Shown here piece after piece: positions 55,014 to 64,000 of a stretch of DNA of 64,000 bases. The stretch's first letter is position 1, and every line of letters begins with the position of its first letter. Source of the stretch: Ignavibacteriota bacterium. Lineage in GTDB: Bacteria; Bacteroidota; Ignavibacteria; UBA10030; UBA6906. Both the position numbers and the translations under genes were made by a program. Under the pieces are notes generated by a model, which ran no database searches, was not told the origin of the DNA, and saw only the letters and a program-made list of their open reading frames with translations. Location: assembly GCA_963748405.1 (NCBI GenBank), contig CAVVIT010000008.1, positions 34,018 through 98,017 of the forward strand, read 5' to 3'.

Positions 55014-55985
55014 ATGAATCGCGTCGTTACTGTACGGACGTTCGCCGCGGCACTCTTGTTTTTCGCGGCGATGATGACAGCGGTAACCCCTGTGCAAGCG
55101 CAGGTTCCGAACACCATTTCGTACCAGGGGCTTCTCATGGACGCCGGGGGGGCTGTGGTCCCGGATGCGAATTACTCCCTGACGTTCAAGCTCTACACGG
55201 TGGCGACCGGCGGCTCGGCGATATGGACCGAAACTCAATCGCTCCCGACGGGAAAAGGGATATTCAGTGCGGTCCTCGGATCCGTCACGCCGATCACACT
55301 TGCTTTCGACAAACAGTACTGGCTCGGAGTCACTGTCGGGTCCGGTTCGGAGCTGACGCCGAGGGCGGTGATCACGCCGGGTGCATACAGCTTCCACTCC
55401 GTCAGGTCTGACACGGCGGCCTGGTTCTGTGCGGACTACGGCGCCTCCGGTTCAATGGCCTGCGGGACCCCGCTCGGCAACGGGCCGGGATTCATCCTGA
55501 AGGCCCCCAACGGTGACCGCCGGGACATATTCGTCTGGAACAGCGGCACGGTGATTGACTACAAGCTCTACATAAACAAGGACGGCAATGTTGGCATCGG
55601 AACGTACTCCTGGCCCGGCGGCAAGCTGGGGGTAAACGGGGACATATTTGTTCAGGGCAATGTCACCAAGATGTACTCCGGATCGAACGCGAACAATATC
55701 ACGCCGGTGGCTTTCGGGAACATCAATGCGGACGGAACCATCTCCACCGCGACGCCGAATGTGTCTGCGACGTGGAACGCCACGAACAACTGGTATAACG
55801 TCACAGTCAGCGGCGTCGACTACTTCTATGCAAACTATGTAACGACGGTGACTCCCATGGGCGGGACAGGTCAGTTCCTTGTTCCGGTGACTTCGAGCGT
55901 GGGAGGAGGGCTTGTGGTCCAGATATTCAACCAGGCCGGCACTCGCGTCCAGGGCGCGTTTGCATTCATGACGTACAAACCATGA
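55014..55985 (+). CDS. secreted hypothetical protein
   Basis: AAGGAG lies 8 nt upstream of the ATG. Signal peptide FAAALLFFAAMMTAVTPVQA. N-terminal ISYQGLL...YSLTFKLY...WTE block is seen in FCB surface/tail-fibre-like proteins (from memory). Confidence 0.6.
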   Translation: MNRVVTVRTFAAALLFFAAMMTAVTPVQAQVPNTISYQGLLMDAGGAVVPDANYSLTFKLYTVATGGSAIWTETQSLPTGKGIFSAVLGSVTPITLAFDKQYWLGVTVGSGSELTPRAVITPGAYSFHSVRSDTAAWFCADYGASGSMACGTPLGNGPGFILKAPNGDRRDIFVWNSGTVIDYKLYINKDGNVGIGTYSWPGGKLGVNGDIFVQGNVTKMYSGSNANNITPVAFGNINADGTISTATPNVSATWNATNNWYNVTVSGVDYFYANYVTTVTPMGGTGQFLVPVTSSVGGGLVVQIFNQAGTRVQGAFAFMTYKP

Positions 55986-55995
55986 GGAGGCTGCC

Positions 55996-56544
55996 ATGAG
56001 ACATGCAGCAGTACGAGTCCTCATTGTGGGACTCCTCCTCCTCGCGGCGTGCCACCTGGCGGGCGCCCAGTACCGGCTCGCAGGTGGTGTGAACGCCGCC
56101 GGCGGGGGACTCATGACGGGGACCGGGAACAGGCTTATCGGCACACTCGGTCAGCCGGTGACAGGGATGGAGCTGGGGACGCTCAACAGGGTTGCGAACG
56201 GGTTCTGGTATGCGCAGACCATGCTCGTCACGTCGATAACCCCGCGCGAGCACGGCATCCCCGTGGTGTACGGTCTCGACCAGAACTATCCCAACCCGTT
56301 TAACCCCTCGACGATGATAAGCTATCGTCTGCCGCAATCGGGGAGGGTGAAACTGGTCGTCTTTGACCTTCTCGGGCGCGAGGTCGCGACGCTTGCACAG
56401 GGAATCCAGGAGGAAGGTACGCACACCGTGAGCTGGAACGCGGCCCGTGCGGCGAGCGGTGTCTATTTCTATCGCCTGGAGGTGTTTTCGGGGGACGGGA
56501 GCCTGATGTTCGTCTCGACCCGCAACCTTGTCGTCCTGCGGTAG
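55996..56544 (+). CDS. small T9SS-sorted secreted protein
   Basis: GAGGAGG upstream. Signal peptide. CTD NYPNPFNPSTMISYRL...VYFYRLEV. Confidence 0.7.
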   Translation: MRHAAVRVLIVGLLLLAACHLAGAQYRLAGGVNAAGGGLMTGTGNRLIGTLGQPVTGMELGTLNRVANGFWYAQTMLVTSITPREHGIPVVYGLDQNYPNPFNPSTMISYRLPQSGRVKLVVFDLLGREVATLAQGIQEEGTHTVSWNAARAASGVYFYRLEVFSGDGSLMFVSTRNLVVLR

Positions 56545-56820
56545 CCCTTTAAGCCGAAAGGGCTGAGGGGCATGTTGATTCGTCGGATCGATTCTCAAGC
56601 AGCGGCGCGGGCGAATTGCCGGGGGTACATTTCGGCACGAGCCCGCGCTGTCATGTAACGGCCGGTCCTCGTTCGCACTTAGCGCGCCGCCGCCCCCCCC
56701 CTATTTCCTCTCCGTCGGTAGCCCGATTTACTAAAGACCGTTCAGTTTGTTATATTCGGTTGGGCCGATTCTCCTCCCGGCCATTGGACATTCCCACGAC
56801 CTGCCAATCAAGCCAACCCT

Positions 56821-57637
56821 ATGCCCGGACTGCTTCATCACCCGTTGATATGTTCTCCGGTCGCCGGTGCTGTCATCGGTGACATTGTCGGTTCCGTGTA
56901 TGAATGGGACCGGATCAAGACGAAGACTTTTCCCCTGTTCGGTTCGAAATCCGATTTCACGGACGACACCGTGATGACGATGGCCGTGGCCGACGCGATA
57001 TTGAACAAGAAGCCCTACGCAGAGGCGCTGCAGGATTGGGGGAGACGCTATCCCGGCCGCGGTTACGGGGGAATGTTCGCCCGGTGGCTTGCGTCAGGCC
57101 ATCCGGAGCCGTACGGCAGCTTCGGCAACGGATCGGCAATGCGCGTGAGCGCGGTCGGATGTCTCTTTGACTCGTATGACGCGGTCCTTGCCGCGGCAAA
57201 AAAGAGCGCCGATGTCTCTCACAACCACAGGGAAGGAATCAAAGGGGCGCAGGCTACCGCGATAGCGATATTGATGGGGAGGCAGGGGGAATCGAAAGAG
57301 GCGATGCGGATCGAAATCGCGCGGAGGTTTCACTACGATCTCGACCACCGTCTGGACGATATCCGTCCGTCGTATGCGTTCGACGAGACCTGCCAGAAGA
57401 CTGTCCCCGAAGCGCTCGTTGCGTTCCTGGAATCAACCGATTACGAAGATGCCGTTCGAAACGCCGTTTCGCTCGGCGGAGACAGCGACACGCTCGCGTG
57501 CATCACCGGGGGCATTGCCGCGGCACTTCTACAAAGAGATCCCCGCCGGCATCCTCCGTGAAGCGGAGTTGAGACTGCCGGAGGAAATGCTCCTGATTTG
57601 TGAGAAGATCGCCTCGAAACTATCCGACAAAACCTGA
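56821..57637 (+). pseudogene. ADP-ribosylglycohydrolase family protein, apparent 1-nt frameshift near 57518-57527
   Basis: GAVIGDIVGSVYEW, FTDDTVMTMAVADA, GGDSDTLACITGGIAAA. The reading frame then ends early, while ORF 57374..57637 carries the expected continuation HFYKEIPAGILREAELRLPEEML... Confidence 0.7.
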
Positions 57638-57646
57638 CATGCCGCT

Positions 57647-58498
57647 ATGAGACGGTATTTGACGATTCTCTTCCCGCTTGCCGCGCTCTCCGCTGCGGGT
57701 TGGTCATCGCTTCAGGCACAGGGAGCCCCCCTCGAAGACAGCGTCTATTCCGTCTCGATTCACAGGATGATGCACTTCCGTGTCTGTCTCCCGGCGTCTC
57801 TTCCGGCAGGGGGTCAGTGCCCGACAATCCTGCTGTTTCACGGTTTCAGCGGCAACTACAGGAATTGGACCGATCTCACCGATGTCCGCAGGCTGGCCCT
57901 CCTTGACACGGTTCTCGTTGTCACTCCTGATGGGGTCGATTCCTGGTACGTAAACTCGTTCACGGACAGCTCCGCCCGGTATGAAAGCGCGATCGTGAGC
58001 GATCTCCTCCCGTTCGTTCTGGGAAAATATCCCGCCGATCGGCGAAACCTCGGGATCGGTGGGCTCTCGATGGGAGGTTACGGTGCGTTGACGCTGGGGC
58101 TCCGTCACCCGGACATTTTCCGGTTCATCGGAGAGTTAAGCGGCTCTCTCGACATCCCTTTCGGGATGCCCGATCTTGAGAAGAACGGCAGGGGAGGACT
58201 CCGCCCTGCACTCACCCGGGCATTCGGCGCAGACACCGCCGGATGGGGGGCCGTGTCGCCGGAGCGGCTCGCATGCTCGATCGACACCTTCCGTGCCCCC
58301 TATATCTACATGGCGAACGGGATCCAGGATGAGTTCCGGCTGCGCGTCGGTCTCCATCGCGCGTTTGCCGATATACTCCGCTCACGGGGGATCGCCTACG
58401 AGTACCACGAGACCCCCGGCAGACATGCGTGGGACTACTGGGCCCGTGAAATTGCTCCTCTCCTGCGCAGATTCAGGGAGTTGAGCGCGAAGCGCTGA
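57647..58498 (+). CDS. alpha/beta-hydrolase 'putative esterase' family protein
   Basis: Signal peptide. LLFHGFSGN and GIGGLSMGGYGAL (GxSxG) fit the esterase-D/S-formylglutathione-hydrolase-like layout. Confidence 0.8.
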   Translation: MRRYLTILFPLAALSAAGWSSLQAQGAPLEDSVYSVSIHRMMHFRVCLPASLPAGGQCPTILLFHGFSGNYRNWTDLTDVRRLALLDTVLVVTPDGVDSWYVNSFTDSSARYESAIVSDLLPFVLGKYPADRRNLGIGGLSMGGYGALTLGLRHPDIFRFIGELSGSLDIPFGMPDLEKNGRGGLRPALTRAFGADTAGWGAVSPERLACSIDTFRAPYIYMANGIQDEFRLRVGLHRAFADILRSRGIAYEYHETPGRHAWDYWAREIAPLLRRFRELSAKR

Positions 58499-58546
58499 TC
58501 CCGGATCCTCCGCGGCGCGCGATCACTTTCCACTGGAGATTTCTCG

Positions 58547-58966
58547 ATGAGCGTACATTCTGAAGCTATACATGTCCGGACAAAGGGGTTCAGCGACATG
58601 CAGGACATCACCCCCTTCGCGGTCAAGTTCCTCTCGTCATCCGCAGTTCAAAACGGTCTCTTCTGCGCGTTTGTCCCCGGTGCGACCGCGGGGATCACGA
58701 CGATCGAGTTCGAGGAGGGGGCGCTGGACGATCTTCGGGAAGCGATCGAGCGGATGGCACCGAGGGACATTCACTACGCGCACGACAGCAGATGGGGGGA
58801 CGGGAACGGCTTTTCTCACGTCCGCGCGGCGCTCCTCGGACCGTCGCTCTCTGTTCCGGTCTCTGACGGCCGGCTCCGGCTCGGAACCTGGCAGCAGATC
58901 CTGCTTGTCGATTTCGACAATCGCCCCCGCACGCGGGAGGTTATATTCGAGGTGGTGGGGGAGTGA
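58547..58966 (+). CDS. yjbQ: YjbQ/UPF0047 family protein (secondary thiamine-phosphate synthase)
   Basis: TTIEFEEGALDDL...GNGFSHVRAALLGPSLSVPVSDGRLRLGTWQQILLVDFD is typical of YjbQ. Confidence 0.85.
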   Translation: MSVHSEAIHVRTKGFSDMQDITPFAVKFLSSSAVQNGLFCAFVPGATAGITTIEFEEGALDDLREAIERMAPRDIHYAHDSRWGDGNGFSHVRAALLGPSLSVPVSDGRLRLGTWQQILLVDFDNRPRTREVIFEVVGE

Positions 58967-60172
58967 CGGGGAGGTGACCGCTGTACGCCATCGCCTTCAG
59001 GAGCATGATCCGTTTCTGCATCGGAGGGTGGGTTGAAAAGAGATCGGACCACCAGGTTTCGGATTTGTTGACGGGCCTTCCGAGCGGGTCGACGATGCAC
59101 TGGTGTGCGACACCCGCGGACGATATTCCAGGTCGGAAGCCCGTCTGCTTCGATCTTCGTCAGTGCGCTGATCAGGGCGTTCGGGTTCCGGGTCAGTTCC
59201 ACGGCCGATGCGTCCGCCAGGTACTCCCTCTCACGCGAGACCGCGAGCCCGAGAAGTCTTGAGATAAGAAGCGACAGAAGCCCGAAGAGGATCCAGACAG
59301 GGGCGAGAAGTAACGAGGAGGCGCGGCCGATCGTCAGCGTCCCGCCGCGGCGGGCCCACGTCGCGATCACCGTCACGGATCCGAAGAGCACCGAAAGAAG
59401 CGTCATCACCTGGGCATCCCGGTTTCTCAGGTGCGACATCTCGTGCGCCACCACCGCCTGCAGCTCCTCCCGGTTCAGTTCTTGGACCAGGCCCCACGTG
59501 ACGAGTATCGTGCCGTTGCTTCCCGCGGAGGCGACGGAGAACGCATTCGGGTCCCTGTCCCTCAGTATGAGTACGTCGGGGGACGGCAGCCCCGCGGCCA
59601 GCGCCATCTCGCCGGCCACGTCGACGAGCTCCTTCTCCCGGGGATCCCCGGGGTCCGGCTCCCTGCACTTGCTGAGTGAGACGATCGTCCGCTCCCCGTG
59701 TCCGCTCGCCCACCATGCCTCTCCTCCCCCCACAAGAAGCCCCGCGGCTGTCGCGATCGGGAAAGGTAGTCGATATGACCCCGTGCCTCGCCTCGATGAT
59801 CCCCAGGAAACTGAACGACATGCCCCCTGCCACCTTCGAAAGGAGAAGCAGCACCCCCATTCCGACGATCGGCACGAGGCAGAGATAGAGCGTCACCCAG
59901 GAGGATTCTTCTTCGTATCCAAACTCGTCGACGGAACCCGGGTTCCTGAGCGACCAGATGAGTTTTGTAACAAGTTTGGCCATCCAGAGTGGAACCAGGA
60001 AAGCAAGAGCGATCAAACCGAATATGGAAAACCACACGTCCCCGACGCCCGCCATGAGCGCGGCGTCGATCCCCGCTCCCCCCAACGCGCAGAGAGCGAC
60101 GAACACCAGGACGAGAAGTGTGGTCTTCCGCCTGTTCTCCGACTGCGCCTCGAGGAAATTCTTTTGCACCAT
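58941..60172 (-). pseudogene. M48-family (HtpX-like) zinc metalloprotease with two apparent frameshifts (near 59765-59775 and 59130-59140)
   Basis: Three consecutive frames carry the parts. The TM-rich N-terminus is in ORF 59231..60172. The catalytic part VVAHEMSHLRNRD (HExxH) is in ORF 58816..59733. The family C-terminus ...AHQCIVDPL...LFSTHPPMQKRIMLLKAM is in a third frame ending at TAA 58941-58943. The 3' end overlaps yjbQ by 26 nt. Confidence 0.7.
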
Positions 60173-60185
60173 AGTATACTCTCGT

Positions 60186-60444
60186 TTACTTCGTGGTCTC
60201 CGGCTTCAGCTCGAGCTCCATGAACGCCGCGCCGGGTATGGGATTGAACGTATACGCGGGAATCTCTTTGAACCCGAGCGTCCTGTAGAGTCGTTGGGCA
60301 TCTCCCATCGAAGAAAGCGTGTCCAGTCGGATCAACCGGTAACCCGCTTCCCGCAGGAATTCCGTCGATGAAAGCCAGAAAGAGACCGCCCTCCGGCGGC
60401 GAATATTTCCCGGGCAGTTCCGCGAGTTCTTTCGTGTCAGTCAT
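60186..60444 (-). pseudogene. GNAT acetyltransferase remnant (5'-truncated, internal deletion + frameshift)
   Basis: MTDTKELAELPGKYSPPEGGLFLAFIDGIPAG jumps, with a frame change, directly to AGYRLIRLDTLSSMGDAQRLYRTLGFKEIPAYTFNPIPGAAFMELEL. The acetyl-CoA-binding core between these blocks is missing. Confidence 0.6.
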
Positions 60445-60862
60445 TCCGGAACGCTTCGCCTGCGATGTACGTGTCGAAAAACTCCCGGAAGCGGACCACC
60501 TTTCCATCTTTCAGCGTGATCAGGTGGACGAAGTCGGTTTCATATGTCTTCTGTGTCGGTGTGGCCAGGCATTTCGTGTAACCGACCACTGCAACGGAGT
60601 CGGCATCAGTCAGGAGCTTGCGGGGCTCGAGCGCGAGAATTTCCTCTGATTCGCGGCCAACGTTCAGCCACTCGAGGAACCCGGCGTGCCCGTGCCTTGT
60701 GCCGGCCGCCGGGTTAAAAGGGTTCGCCGGTTCTCCCCACTCCACGTCCGGGCTGAGCAGGCCCATGATGGCGGGGATATCTCTTCTGGAGAATGCGGCG
60801 TACAGGTTCTTGACGACGTTCACGTTTGTGGAACCGGGATTTTCAGGTGATCGGTCATTCAT
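60437..60862 (-). CDS. SnoaL-like / NTF2-fold protein
   Basis: VVKNLYAAFSRRDIPAIMGLLSPDVEW...DGKVVRFREFFD is typical of ketosteroid-isomerase-like SnoaL_2 proteins. Confidence 0.75.
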   Translation of the reverse strand: MNDRSPENPGSTNVNVVKNLYAAFSRRDIPAIMGLLSPDVEWGEPANPFNPAAGTRHGHAGFLEWLNVGRESEEILALEPRKLLTDADSVAVVGYTKCLATPTQKTYETDFVHLITLKDGKVVRFREFFDTYIAGEAFRND

Positions 60863-61033
60863 TCTGCGCCTTTCAGGAGGTGGAAGAAAACAATATGATC
60901 CAGGCGTGCTGGAGAGTCAAGGAATACTTTCGCGTCCGGGCACACCCTTGGAATGTTGACACTTCACCCCGGGTTGAGTAAATTAACAGGCTTTTCTGCA
61001 AGTGAGTGAGGTGGGATAACAACGGGCTGAGAC

Positions 61034-61486
61034 ATGGCTCCAGGTACAGAACCAAAGCGGTATCTCTACCAGAGAATCGTCCGGGCGAAGCTTTTCGTGG
61101 ACGCCCACTATTCCGAGGACCTCGGGGTCGGCAAGATCGCCTCGGAGGCATTCCTTTCCAGGTACCACTTCATACGGTTGTTCAAGCGCATATACCGCAG
61201 GACGCCCCACCAGTACCTGACGCTGGTGAGAATCGAACGCGCAAAAGAACTCCTCCACACTGGTGCCCCGGTGTCCGACGTTTGTTACTCCGTGGGATTC
61301 GAGAGCGAGAGTTCGTTCACGGGCCTGTTCAAGCGCAGGGTCGGACGCACCCCGTCTGCCTACCAGAACCGGCAGCAGGAGGTGCGGACCGAAATGGCCA
61401 GGAACCCGCTCAAATTTGTCCCCGGCTGCTTTGCGTTACAGCAGGGCCGGACTGAAAAGAGCAATTTTGAAGAACCGGCGGAATGA
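61034..61486 (+). CDS. AraC-family HTH transcriptional regulator (DNA-binding domain only)
   Basis: LSRYHFIRLFKRIYRRTPHQYL and GFESESSFTGLFKRRVGRTPSAY are the two AraC HTH units. Confidence 0.85.
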   Translation: MAPGTEPKRYLYQRIVRAKLFVDAHYSEDLGVGKIASEAFLSRYHFIRLFKRIYRRTPHQYLTLVRIERAKELLHTGAPVSDVCYSVGFESESSFTGLFKRRVGRTPSAYQNRQQEVRTEMARNPLKFVPGCFALQQGRTEKSNFEEPAE

Positions 61487-61525
61487 GTCCTTGCGTATCT
61501 TAGTCCTCGACAAACAGGGAGCGGA

Positions 61526-61945
61526 GTGATGATCACAAAGATGAACCACGTCTGCGTCTTCGTGCTTGACCAGGAGAGCGCACTCAAGTTCTACGTGGAC
61601 AAACTGGGGTTCAAGGTCCACACCGATGCCCCGGTGGGAAACGGGTTTCGATGGCTGACCGTTTGCCCCCCGGAGCAGCCCGATCTGCAGATCTCTCTCA
61701 TGGAAATCAAGGACGGGATGATGTTCAAGAACGGTGCGGACCAGACGATGAAGGAGCTGGTCCGGAAAGGAACGTTCGGGTTCGGGGTGTTCGAGTGCAA
61801 CGACATTAACGCGACGTACGAAGAATTGAAGGCCAAAGGCGTGGTGTTCACCAAGCCGCCGAAGAAGGAGCCGTACGGCTACGAAGCGGTGTTCAAAGAC
61901 GATTCGGGAAACTGGTATTCGCTCGGTCAGAAGGGTGGTGAGTGA
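61526..61945 (+). CDS. VOC / glyoxalase-bleomycin-resistance family protein
   Basis: MNHVCVFVLDQESALKFYVDKLGF...AVFKDDSGNWYSL, typical VOC beta-alpha-beta-beta-beta modules. Confidence 0.85.
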   Translation: MMITKMNHVCVFVLDQESALKFYVDKLGFKVHTDAPVGNGFRWLTVCPPEQPDLQISLMEIKDGMMFKNGADQTMKELVRKGTFGFGVFECNDINATYEELKAKGVVFTKPPKKEPYGYEAVFKDDSGNWYSLGQKGGE

Positions 61946-62020
61946 CCTGATCGACCCGGCTACGGCGGAGGTGGAGTCCTCGTTGTTCGAACGCCTGCGC
62001 CGGGCCGGTTCCGACATTCG

Positions 62021-63160
62021 TTACCGGAGGAGCAGCATCTGCTTCGCCCCGTTGAATGATCCTGCAGCAATCCGGTAGTAATATACCCCGCTCGAAAGCC
62101 GCGACGCGTCGAACCTCACAGATTTTACCCCTGCCGTTTCCGTCCCATCTACGAGCGTTGCCACCTCCCGCCCCAGCACGTCGAACACCTGTAACGTCAC
62201 GTGCGCTGCCGCGGGGAGCGTGTATTCGATCGTCGTACCCGGGTTGAACGGGTTCGGATAATTTTGCCCCAGTGAGAAAGACCGGGGCACCACGTTGTCG
62301 CCCTCCTCTATTCCCGCCGCCGGTATGAGACCGTGCGCCGTGTACCATGTACGAACGCGATTCAACATCGTTGTGTCGAACGGCAGGTCGGTGTGACTGT
62401 ACCCGGGATAGATGAACATCTGCTGTTGAACCCCCCGCGCCAGGAGAAGTGAGTCAAGTCGCTGATCGTCCGGGAGGGGGACCGTGCTGTCGGCCCCTGC
62501 GTGGTGGATCTGGTACGGCACGGTGATCCCCTGCGCCTGAGCCATCTTCGTCCATGCGAGCCGGCTGTCATTCACTCCGCCTCCCCCGTGCGAAGCCACC
62601 CGGAAAAGATTCGGATAAGTCCCGACAAACGCCGCCGTGACGAACGCCCCCATGCTGTACCCGTGGGCCGCGATGCGCGTCGTGTCGACATAGCCCAGCG
62701 AATAGAGGATATCAATGCACTTGCGTGCCCGGAGTATGTTCGCCGTGCTCGCCCCGGGCTCCGTCGAGTCCCCCGGGGAGCCGGTCGGAACTCCTGCTGC
62801 GTGCGTGTAGTTCGTGCCGATGCCGACAAGCCCCCAGTTGCGCATCTCTTTTGCTATGGGTGTGCTGAATATGGTCACGTTGGAATCGTGCCCGTGGCTG
62901 AGGACGACCGCGGGGAGTTTCGACGTCCCTGCCGGTTTGAAGAGAATCCCGGCAAGATCGTAGATGACGCCGTTGACGGTGTCCTTGTACGTCCACGTCG
63001 CCCCCCCTGCCGACGCGGGGTTCCCGGTGAGAACGAATCCTTTGAGCGTCTGGGCGGAGGTCGGCGAGGCAAGCGCCAGGCACGCTGTCCAGATCAGGAT
63101 CTGAACGGGGGCCCTTCGAACCGACAATGTGTGTGTGAACCTCTCGAATCCTGCGATCAT
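62021..63160 (-). CDS. secreted alpha/beta hydrolase (dienelactone-hydrolase/esterase-like) with T9SS sorting domain
   Basis: Signal peptide. AAHGYSMGAF (GxSxG). CTD NYPNPFNPGTTIEYTL...VYYYRIAAGSFNGAKQMLLLR. Confidence 0.8.
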   Translation of the reverse strand: MIAGFERFTHTLSVRRAPVQILIWTACLALASPTSAQTLKGFVLTGNPASAGGATWTYKDTVNGVIYDLAGILFKPAGTSKLPAVVLSHGHDSNVTIFSTPIAKEMRNWGLVGIGTNYTHAAGVPTGSPGDSTEPGASTANILRARKCIDILYSLGYVDTTRIAAHGYSMGAFVTAAFVGTYPNLFRVASHGGGGVNDSRLAWTKMAQAQGITVPYQIHHAGADSTVPLPDDQRLDSLLLARGVQQQMFIYPGYSHTDLPFDTTMLNRVRTWYTAHGLIPAAGIEEGDNVVPRSFSLGQNYPNPFNPGTTIEYTLPAAAHVTLQVFDVLGREVATLVDGTETAGVKSVRFDASRLSSGVYYYRIAAGSFNGAKQMLLLR

Positions 63161-63561
63161 GCTGGTTCCTCCTCGTCATCTCAGATTCCAACGAAGCAAC
63201 CGTCTACGGGGTTCCCGCCAGCATTATTTCTCCGTTGCTTCATCGTCCGTGCTGGAGTACATTATGACACCCGGTTTTTGGCATCCCTGACCGTGTGCGA
63301 CCTCTCATCCTGTTCTCGTCTTCGACATGGTCGACGGACGAAAGCTGACCATTTGGCGGGGCCAAGAGGAACCGGTTGTTCATGGTTGCCGGCCAGTCCG
63401 TCTACCCGCTCTACGTCAACGTGCAGGGCGCGCAGGTTCCTTGAGCGGTTGCGGCGGAACTTTCTCTCGAAGCACGCCCCGGCTGACATCAAAAGAGGGA
63501 TGCAATTCGTATATTGTCTCTGAACCAACCTCGTTCTTCTCCCCAATCGAACGAACCATCC

Positions 63562-64000
63562 ATGATGCGTCAAACTCCGGCATTCCCCTGTCCCGCCATT
63601 CGCGTCGGGCGTGAAACCCTCCTTGGACTCTTTCTCCTTCAGCTCCTTTTGGGAGCCCCCCCGTTGTTTCCGCCGGCTGTCGCTCTGGCAGGCGAGAGGG
63701 ATTCCGTCGTCTTCTATGTTGCCCCGAACGGGAACGATTCGTGGTCCGGAGAACGCCTGACCCCGAATGCGTCGAAGTCGGACGGTCCATTCGCTTCGCT
63801 CCTTCACGCCCGGGACGCGGTGAGGAAGAGCCTTGCAGCCGGACAACATCCGAGTGTACGAATCCGGGAGGGCGCGTACCTGTTTGACTCGACGCTTCTC
63901 CTGGATTCGCTGGATTCCGGAGCGCCGGATCGGCCCGTAATCTGGAGCGCCTGGAAAGATGAGAACGTGCGATTCATGGGAGGAAAGGCCGTCGGCGGGT
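63562..64000 (+). CDS. secreted right-handed beta-helix (pectate-lyase-fold) protein, 3' partial
   Basis: The frame is open from ATG 63562 to the window end and is not in the ORF track because it has no stop. Leader LLGLFLLQLLLGAPP. FYVAPNGNDSWSGE...GPFASLLHARDAV is the usual N-terminus of DUF1565/beta-helix proteins. Confidence 0.6.
   Translation, partial: MMRQTPAFPCPAIRVGRETLLGLFLLQLLLGAPPLFPPAVALAGERDSVVFYVAPNGNDSWSGERLTPNASKSDGPFASLLHARDAVRKSLAAGQHPSVRIREGAYLFDSTLLLDSLDSGAPDRPVIWSAWKDENVRFMGGKAVGG

Noticed and set aside
51285-60172. Programmed ribosomal frameshifting as an explanation for the split NmrA, T9SS, ADP-ribosylglycohydrolase and M48 genes.
   Set aside because: No slippery heptamer or downstream pseudoknot-like structure was seen at the junctions, and these families are not known to use recoding. 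Indel error or decay is simpler.
3668-63523. Many long ORFs antisense to, or frame-shifted from, the called genes (e.g. 3668-4633+, 18236-19708-, 19763-20899-, 21845-23764-, 31998-32810-, 32902-33660-, 33575-34567-, 36112-36867-, 37676-38620-, 44799-45866-, 59105-60223+, 62501-63523+).
   Set aside because: Their translations are R/P/G/H-rich low-complexity strings with no recognisable motifs. Each lies opposite a gene with strong family signatures. This is the expected shadow-ORF artefact of high-GC DNA.
63262-63849. 195-aa minus-strand ORF containing a GNHE tetrapeptide reminiscent of metallophosphoesterase motif III.
   Set aside because: The other phosphoesterase motifs are absent, and the ORF overlaps the well-supported + strand beta-helix gene starting at 63562. 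It is likely a shadow ORF.
1-64000. Search for tRNA, rRNA, CRISPR arrays, transposases, integrases, and prophage or conjugation genes.
   Set aside because: No T-loop/acceptor-like structures were seen in the intergenic gaps, no regularly spaced repeats, and no ORF with transposase, integrase or phage hallmark motifs. This was an eye scan only, so small ncRNAs cannot be excluded.

Overview
This is a high-GC, densely coding bacterial chromosomal segment of about 50 genes. I saw no rRNA, tRNA, CRISPR array, transposase or integrase. Six proteins end in the Por/T9SS C-terminal sorting domain (NYPNPFNP...VYFYRL...), which places the source in the FCB radiation (Bacteroidota/Ignavibacteriota/Rhodothermota-like). 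Finer taxonomy cannot be read from the sequence. Main blocks: (i) 1-6.8 kb holds a Cys-rich zinc-ribbon/TPR protein, a class II Fic protein, and a translationally coupled SNF2 helicase + SWIM zinc-finger pair. (ii) 7.0-14.4 kb is a minus-strand operon in which two paralogous TPR Ser/Thr kinases bracket a small NHLP-leader-like protein, a phytoene/squalene-synthase-like enzyme and an ICMT-like membrane methyltransferase. (iii) 15.1-37.2 kb holds 14 co-directional genes forming a glycan utilisation and sugar-salvage locus. Its members are a T9SS spherulin-4/GH135-like enzyme, a TonB-dependent receptor, a beta-helix protein, two clan GH-D hydrolases, a DUF4874/4832-like enzyme, an APC permease, a GNAT, a GHMP kinase, a nucleotidyltransferase, a ROK regulator, a 4-epimerase, an SSF symporter and a CBM9-like protein. 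(iv) 37.2-38.5 kb is a translationally coupled SatD-like / divergent Mug-like UDG-fold pair. (v) 38.7-47 kb holds assorted genes, including a 971-aa cytoplasmic protein with a C-terminal M28 peptidase module and a SET-domain protein. (vi) 47.4-51.3 kb is a propeller-type histidine kinase with a NarL/LuxR response regulator. (vii) 51.3-60.4 kb is a run of five genes with frameshifts or deletions. (viii) 60.4-64 kb holds small enzyme and regulator genes and a 3'-partial beta-helix protein. The candidates I rank highest for something new are the glycan locus (iii), the kinase-bracketed operon (ii) and the SatD/UDG-like pair (iv). All functional calls rest on motif recognition by eye, since no database search was possible. 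The ORF track translates GTG/TTG starts as M, and several starts were re-placed accordingly.
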